This document shows, one piece after another, positions 8,119 to 12,010 of a DNA stretch of 12,010 nt. The position numbers were made by a program, and so were the translations under genes. Every line of letters starts with the position of its first letter. The first letter of the stretch is position 1. The DNA lies in contig CAXXSL010000012.1 in NCBI GenBank assembly GCA_963675525.2, positions 1-12,010 on the forward strand. The letters are read 5' to 3'. The stretch is from Anaerohalosphaeraceae bacterium. Lineage in GTDB: Bacteria > Planctomycetota > Phycisphaerae > Sedimentisphaerales > Anaerohalosphaeraceae. The notes under the pieces were generated by a model. The model worked only from the letters and a program-made list of their open reading frames with translations. It made no database searches and was not told the origin of the DNA.

Positions 8119-8760
8119 TCAGTGTGAGTGCGCTTCTTTTTGGGCCGCTTCGGGGTCGTACTTTTCAAAAATAATCTCGCCCTTATCTTCATCGCCCGCT
8201 TCAAAGGGCAATTGATAATCGGTATAGGTCTTATCATCCGTGGATGCGACATACTCTGGATGACCGATCCACTGGACCGTCCACGTTGTCTCGCCCTCGT
8301 CCGGCAGGGTCCCGATAAAAATATCCCGGCTTGAGCCGCTGATGACACCCTCGCCCACCATATCATAATTGAAATGTTTCAGTGCGATATCAATGATGAC
8401 CTCGTTTGTCCGGCCGTTATATTGAACCTGCCATGGCCCGGGTTCAATGATCCCTTCCCCGCCGCCAACCAGCGGAAAGGTTAATATTTGCCCGGCGATC
8501 AGATTTGCCCGGCCGATGGTATGTCGAAGTTTGTACAACCGACCATCCTCCTCGATCCGCATGATCCATCCATGCTCCTCGTTGAGCCAGATGCCGACCA
8601 GTTGCTTTGGAAACTCATCGCTGTTGAGAAGAATTACCTGCGCCGTGTTCGGGTCGCCGGTAACCGTTTCCTGCGGTTGAGTTTGGCTGCTCTCTTGACA
8701 ACCAACAATAAAAAGTACTGATATTACCATAAGGATAAACAGGAATAATTTATACTTCAT
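8119..8760 (-). CDS. Hypothetical lipoprotein, 213 aa
   Basis: MKYK, a hydrophobic stretch and the lipobox IVG-C21, then a Q/T/P linker and an acidic, beta-rich body. GGAG RBS at 8767-8770. Confidence 0.8.
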   Translation of the reverse strand: MKYKLFLFILMVISVLFIVGCQESSQTQPQETVTGDPNTAQVILLNSDEFPKQLVGIWLNEEHGWIMRIEEDGRLYKLRHTIGRANLIAGQILTFPLVGGGEGIIEPGPWQVQYNGRTNEVIIDIALKHFNYDMVGEGVISGSSRDIFIGTLPDEGETTWTVQWIGHPEYVASTDDKTYTDYQLPFEAGDEDKGEIIFEKYDPEAAQKEAHSH

Positions 8761-8815
8761 ATACTACTCCACGAGATTGATTTTTAACCAGAAAAAACGA
8801 AACAAGTAAACCAGA

Positions 8816-8843
8816 ATAATACCAGATTAAGTTATAGACGCAA
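8816..8843 (-). promoter_or_regulatory. Putative sigma70 promoter for the lipoprotein gene
   Basis: Minus strand TTGCGT-16 nt-TATTAT with an extended TG. Confidence 0.4.
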
Positions 8844-8901
8844 GAATAAAATCAACTCTGCATCGAGTCTCTTTTTCAGCAGAAGAAGTGGATGCTAACT
8901 G

Positions 8902-10938
8902 TCATTTTTTGCTGGATTTATAATAGTCCAACTGCCGCTGTATTTGGTTAGCCATATCCATATCCCCCACTTCGACAGCTAACTCCAATGCTCTTTCAGC
9001 GGTGCTGGTTGCCAGAGCAAGATTGCCCATCGCCGCATACGAAGACGCCAGTCTACTCATGATGTCGGGCCGGGTGGGTTCCAGCTGCAAGGCGGCTTTG
9101 AAGTACTCGGCTGCCGCCGGATACTGACCCGTTTGGATCATGGCAAAGGCAAGGTTCAGGCGGGTATCAACTGACGCCGGATCCAGCAATAGTACCCGGT
9201 TCCATTGGTCAACAGCCTCCTTGATTCTGCCCTGCTGCGCATATGACAGTGCAAGACCGTGCAAGGCCGAAAGATTATCCGGCTTGTTTTTTAACTCCGC
9301 CATGTAATAGCCGCATGCTGAGACGGAATCGCCCTTCCGGGCATACGCCTCACCAAGAATGAAACATATATTCGGAAAATCAGGGTTTGTTTGCAGGATG
9401 GTTTTTAAATACGGGATCGCTTCATCATAGCGTCCCTGAATGGTCAGGTTCACGCCCATATTGGCATTGATCTGGGGATGAAACGGCGCCAATTGAATCG
9501 CTTTTCGCCATTGGGTAAAAGCCTCATCAATTTTGCCTTGGCTCCTCAGGGCCATCCCAAGATTGTTCATCGCCCCAACGTAATCGGGCCTGATCCGCAA
9601 AGCCGTTTCCAAGTGATCCACTGCTGCGCCCAGATCGCCCCGTTCACGCAGCGTATCGCCATAATTGCCGTGGATCACAAAATTGTTCTCTGTCACATCC
9701 AGCGTATGTTTGTACAGCGACAGCGTATCCTTCCAGAAAGCAGCCTGATGGCGTGTGCCAAGCGTCATCGCAGCCAGGGTGACGGAAATCAAAACTCCGA
9801 CGGCCACATGACCGTATTTCCACTTACTGACAAGTTCCCTGACGCCCCATGCAAGCATCACACACAACCCGATAATCGGCAGATAGGTGTATCGATCGGC
9901 CATGGCCTGTGAACCGACCTGAACCAGCCCGATCACCGGAACCAGCGTACCGAGGTACCACAACCAACCGATCAAAAGATAGCGTTTTCTGATGCCTAAA
10001 ATAAAAACGGCAACAGTTATGACGAGAATCGTCGCAATCGCCGCAAGCGGTTGCCATAAAGGCAGCGTATTACCCGGGTGCGGGTACAACACGGCTAATT
10101 TGACCGGGTAGAAAAACTTGCCGATATAGCCCATATAGGCTGCGGCGGCATTGGACAAACGGGTCAGCAGAGAATAGTTTTCGCCCCGGCGCATGGCCCC
10201 TGCATGCTGTTGAACCATAAATGTTACCACACAGGAAGCCGCCGAAAGCACAAATAAAGGTATTTTTTCGGCCAGCAGACGCCCCAAAGGCCTCATTTGA
10301 ATGGGAGGTTTCAGGGCAAAGCGTTCCAGCGGCCAATAATCCAGTAAAAGCAGAACAAACGGCAGAGTTACCAGCATGGGTTTGGCCATTAAGCCCAATA
10401 TAAAACATAAAACCACCGCCAGATATCGTAGGATGCCCGGTTTTTCGGCGTAGAAAATATATGTTAAGATCGTCAGCATCCAGAAAAGTCCGCTGAGGAC
10501 GTCTTTGCGTTCGGAGGCCCAGGCAACCGATTCAACATGAAGAGGATGCAGGGCAAAGACCGCCGCAATGAAGAAACTCGGCCAGGCGGCACCGGTTACC
10601 CTGTAAAAGATCCAGAACAGAAGCAGCGTATTGGCCAAATGAAGCAGCAGATTGACGCTGTGATGGGCAAGCGGATTGGCGCCGAACAGTTGGACATCCA
10701 ACATGTGGCTCAGCCATGTCAGAGGGTGCCAGTTGGCGGTGCGGTCGGTTTCGGTAAAAGCCCAGACAAAACCTTCGGCGGTCAGGCCTCCCAGGACCTG
10801 TGTATTTTGGGTAATGTAGTCCACATCGTCATAATCGACAAAACTGTTGTGCCGCATCGGCTCATAACCGAGCAGGCCGGTCAGCAATACGACCCCACAA
10901 AGTACAGTGATCAATTGTCTTCGATTCATAGCACACAC
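8902..10938 (-). CDS. TMTC-like membrane glycosyltransferase (GT-C fold, putative protein O-mannosyltransferase) with C-terminal TPR repeats; alternative start ATG 10929
   Basis: First TM followed by FVDYDDVDYITQN (acidic DD loop of GT-C enzymes), WHPLTWLS, ALHPLHVESVAWASERKDVL, AKPMLVTLP, PVKLAVLYP and MADRYTYLP. Many TM segments, then roughly 7-8 TPR units (e.g. GAMNNLGMALRSQGKIDEAFTQWRKAIQLAP). Confidence 0.85.
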   Translation of the reverse strand: MCAMNRRQLITVLCGVVLLTGLLGYEPMRHNSFVDYDDVDYITQNTQVLGGLTAEGFVWAFTETDRTANWHPLTWLSHMLDVQLFGANPLAHHSVNLLLHLANTLLLFWIFYRVTGAAWPSFFIAAVFALHPLHVESVAWASERKDVLSGLFWMLTILTYIFYAEKPGILRYLAVVLCFILGLMAKPMLVTLPFVLLLLDYWPLERFALKPPIQMRPLGRLLAEKIPLFVLSAASCVVTFMVQQHAGAMRRGENYSLLTRLSNAAAAYMGYIGKFFYPVKLAVLYPHPGNTLPLWQPLAAIATILVITVAVFILGIRKRYLLIGWLWYLGTLVPVIGLVQVGSQAMADRYTYLPIIGLCVMLAWGVRELVSKWKYGHVAVGVLISVTLAAMTLGTRHQAAFWKDTLSLYKHTLDVTENNFVIHGNYGDTLRERGDLGAAVDHLETALRIRPDYVGAMNNLGMALRSQGKIDEAFTQWRKAIQLAPFHPQINANMGVNLTIQGRYDEAIPYLKTILQTNPDFPNICFILGEAYARKGDSVSACGYYMAELKNKPDNLSALHGLALSYAQQGRIKEAVDQWNRVLLLDPASVDTRLNLAFAMIQTGQYPAAAEYFKAALQLEPTRPDIMSRLASSYAAMGNLALATSTAERALELAVEVGDMDMANQIQRQLDYYKSSKK

Positions 10939-10973
10939 CGAGTTAACATAGGTTCTTAGTTTTATACTGATGT

Positions 10974-11002
10974 ATAATAGAAGGGTTTGACGGTATTAAC
11001 AA
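10974..11002 (-). promoter_or_regulatory. Putative sigma70 promoter for the TMTC-like gene
   Basis: Minus strand TTGTTA-17 nt-TATTAT, 35-45 nt upstream of the candidate starts. Confidence 0.45.
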
Positions 11003-11101
11003 GGCTTTTTTAACAGCGAATAGACACATTATGAATGATGTATATTTAATTCTTAAATTTGAATTACTCTTCGTTGTCCTCATGAACTTCATGGTAAGCG
11101 C

Positions 11102-11134
11102 AAAAAAAGGGCCTCCCGCAAGGGGAGACCCTTT
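11102..11134 (-). terminator. Rho-independent terminator after the PEP-CTERM gene
   Basis: Minus strand GGGTCTCCC-CTTGC-GGGAGGCCC-TTTTTTT: a 9-bp stem with one G.U pair and a U7 tail. Confidence 0.85.
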
Positions 11135-11174
11135 AAATGTTACATTGTCATGGTTTTCTGTTTCTGAGAATCGT

Positions 11175-11669
11175 TTATTTCTTGCGACGCAGAACCAGGG
11201 CACCCAGACCCAGCAGAACCATTGTAGCAGGTTCCGGAACAACAAAGGCCTGACCAAGGATTGCCAAAGAGTTGCTGTCGACCAAGGTAATTGAACCAAG
11301 ACCCGCATCAACAGCACCCAGAGTCACACCGTAATCAGCGACAGCATGGACACCAGCAACGGGTACCGTCGGCGGTGTTCCAGCAATGTTGATCTCATAG
11401 ATGTCTGTCAGACCGAGTGCAAGACCGAGGTCAGCACTGTCCATAACACCATAAGCAGCTACATAACTGAGGTTAGTATCGCCAGCTGCAGCCAAAACAG
11501 GTGCAACACCATCCAGCGCCGGGGAAGAAGCCAGAAGCAAAACATTGTAACCATCAACAACATCTGCTGTAACTTCTACTGCCGTGCCATTAACAACCAG
11601 CGAGATGCCAGCACTTGCCAACGAGGCAACACTAAGAACTAGAGCTAAAACTAACAACTTCTTCATCAT
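11175..11669 (-). CDS. PEP-CTERM sorting domain-containing surface protein, 164 aa
   Basis: Signal peptide MMKKLLVLALVLSVASLASA. C-terminus VPEPATMVLLGLGALVLRRKK (PEP motif, TM, basic tail). Strong RBS AAAGGAG at 11674-11680. Confidence 0.93.
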   Translation of the reverse strand: MMKKLLVLALVLSVASLASAGISLVVNGTAVEVTADVVDGYNVLLLASSPALDGVAPVLAAAGDTNLSYVAAYGVMDSADLGLALGLTDIYEINIAGTPPTVPVAGVHAVADYGVTLGAVDAGLGSITLVDSNSLAILGQAFVVPEPATMVLLGLGALVLRRKK

Positions 11670-11722
11670 CGTTCTCCTTTACTCAATTTTTGTTTTTGTT
11701 CGAACAATACGTTAACGTTAAC

Positions 11723-12010
11723 TTCTTGTGAAGCGTGTGTCATATTAATTTGTGTAGAACACAATATCGCCGCCGGCTGTTGTCAGCGGACATACCGGAA
11801 CACCAGGTCCCTTTGTTGGCTCTGCTACATTGTAGTTGGCCAGGAAAATTCCCAAATCAGCATTGAAGACCCGCTTGTAACCGGTAACGATGTTACCTTC
11901 ACGAGCATGGTTGAAGTCGGCACAAATACCATCCGGGATCGTCATAATGCCGGGGCCTTTTGTCGGCTCTGCTACATTATAGGCGGCCAGGAATATGGCG
12001 AGGTCACCAT
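11723..12010 (-). repeat. Right copy of the long inverted repeat (partner 7040..7327), truncated by the window edge
   Basis: 285 of 288 nt identical to 7040..7327; mismatches at 11933, 11892 and 11891. Confidence 0.95.
11745..12010 (-). CDS. 3' end of a gene carrying the same dockerin-like C-terminal module (5' part outside the window)
   Basis: The frame is open from the window edge: GDLAIFLAAYNVAEPTKGPGIMTIPDGICADFNHAREGNIVTGYKRVFNADLGIFLANYNVAEPTKGPGVPVCPLTTAGGDIVFYTN*. It has two aa differences from the 4111..7305 protein. The 66-aa ORF-track call starts at an internal Met. Confidence 0.88.
   Translation of the reverse strand, partial: GDLAIFLAAYNVAEPTKGPGIMTIPDGICADFNHAREGNIVTGYKRVFNADLGIFLANYNVAEPTKGPGVPVCPLTTAGGDIVFYTN

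Noticed and set aside
10943..11317. ORFs 10943..11317 (-) and 11031..11294 (+)
   Set aside because: They overlap the PEP-CTERM gene, its terminator and an AT-rich promoter region, and have no protein-like features.
7040..12010. Composite transposon or IS terminal inverted repeats
   Set aside because: The repeats are protein-coding gene ends, and no transposase or integrase is present between or within them.
1..12010. CRISPR array, tRNA or rRNA genes
   Set aside because: No regularly spaced direct repeats or recognisable structural RNA sequences were seen.

Overview
Bacterial cell-envelope locus, probably from a planctomycete (Phycisphaerae/Sedimentisphaerales-like; inferred from the domain repertoire, not verified). 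Left: two tandem minus-strand alkaline-phosphatase-superfamily (NPP/type I phosphodiesterase-like) genes, one with a Tat signal (missed by the ORF track, runs off the window) and one with a Sec-like signal plus a membrane anchor. Diverging from them is a 1064-aa secreted multidomain protein (DNRLRE/CBM96-like, two GEVED domains, an uncharacterised domain, and a Cys-rich dockerin-like C-terminus). Next come a GspG/type IV pilin-like gene, a lipoprotein, a TMTC-like GT-C/TPR membrane protein and a small PEP-CTERM protein. The most striking feature is at the right edge: the 3' end of a second, convergent gene matches the 3' end of the large gene at 285 of 288 nt, including 22 nt beyond the stop codon. 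The two copies form a long inverted repeat around a 4.4-kb four-gene block. Working hypothesis: a modular surface-display system in which a homogenised dockerin-like tag binds a PEP-CTERM-anchored cohesin-like receptor, possibly with an invertible central segment.
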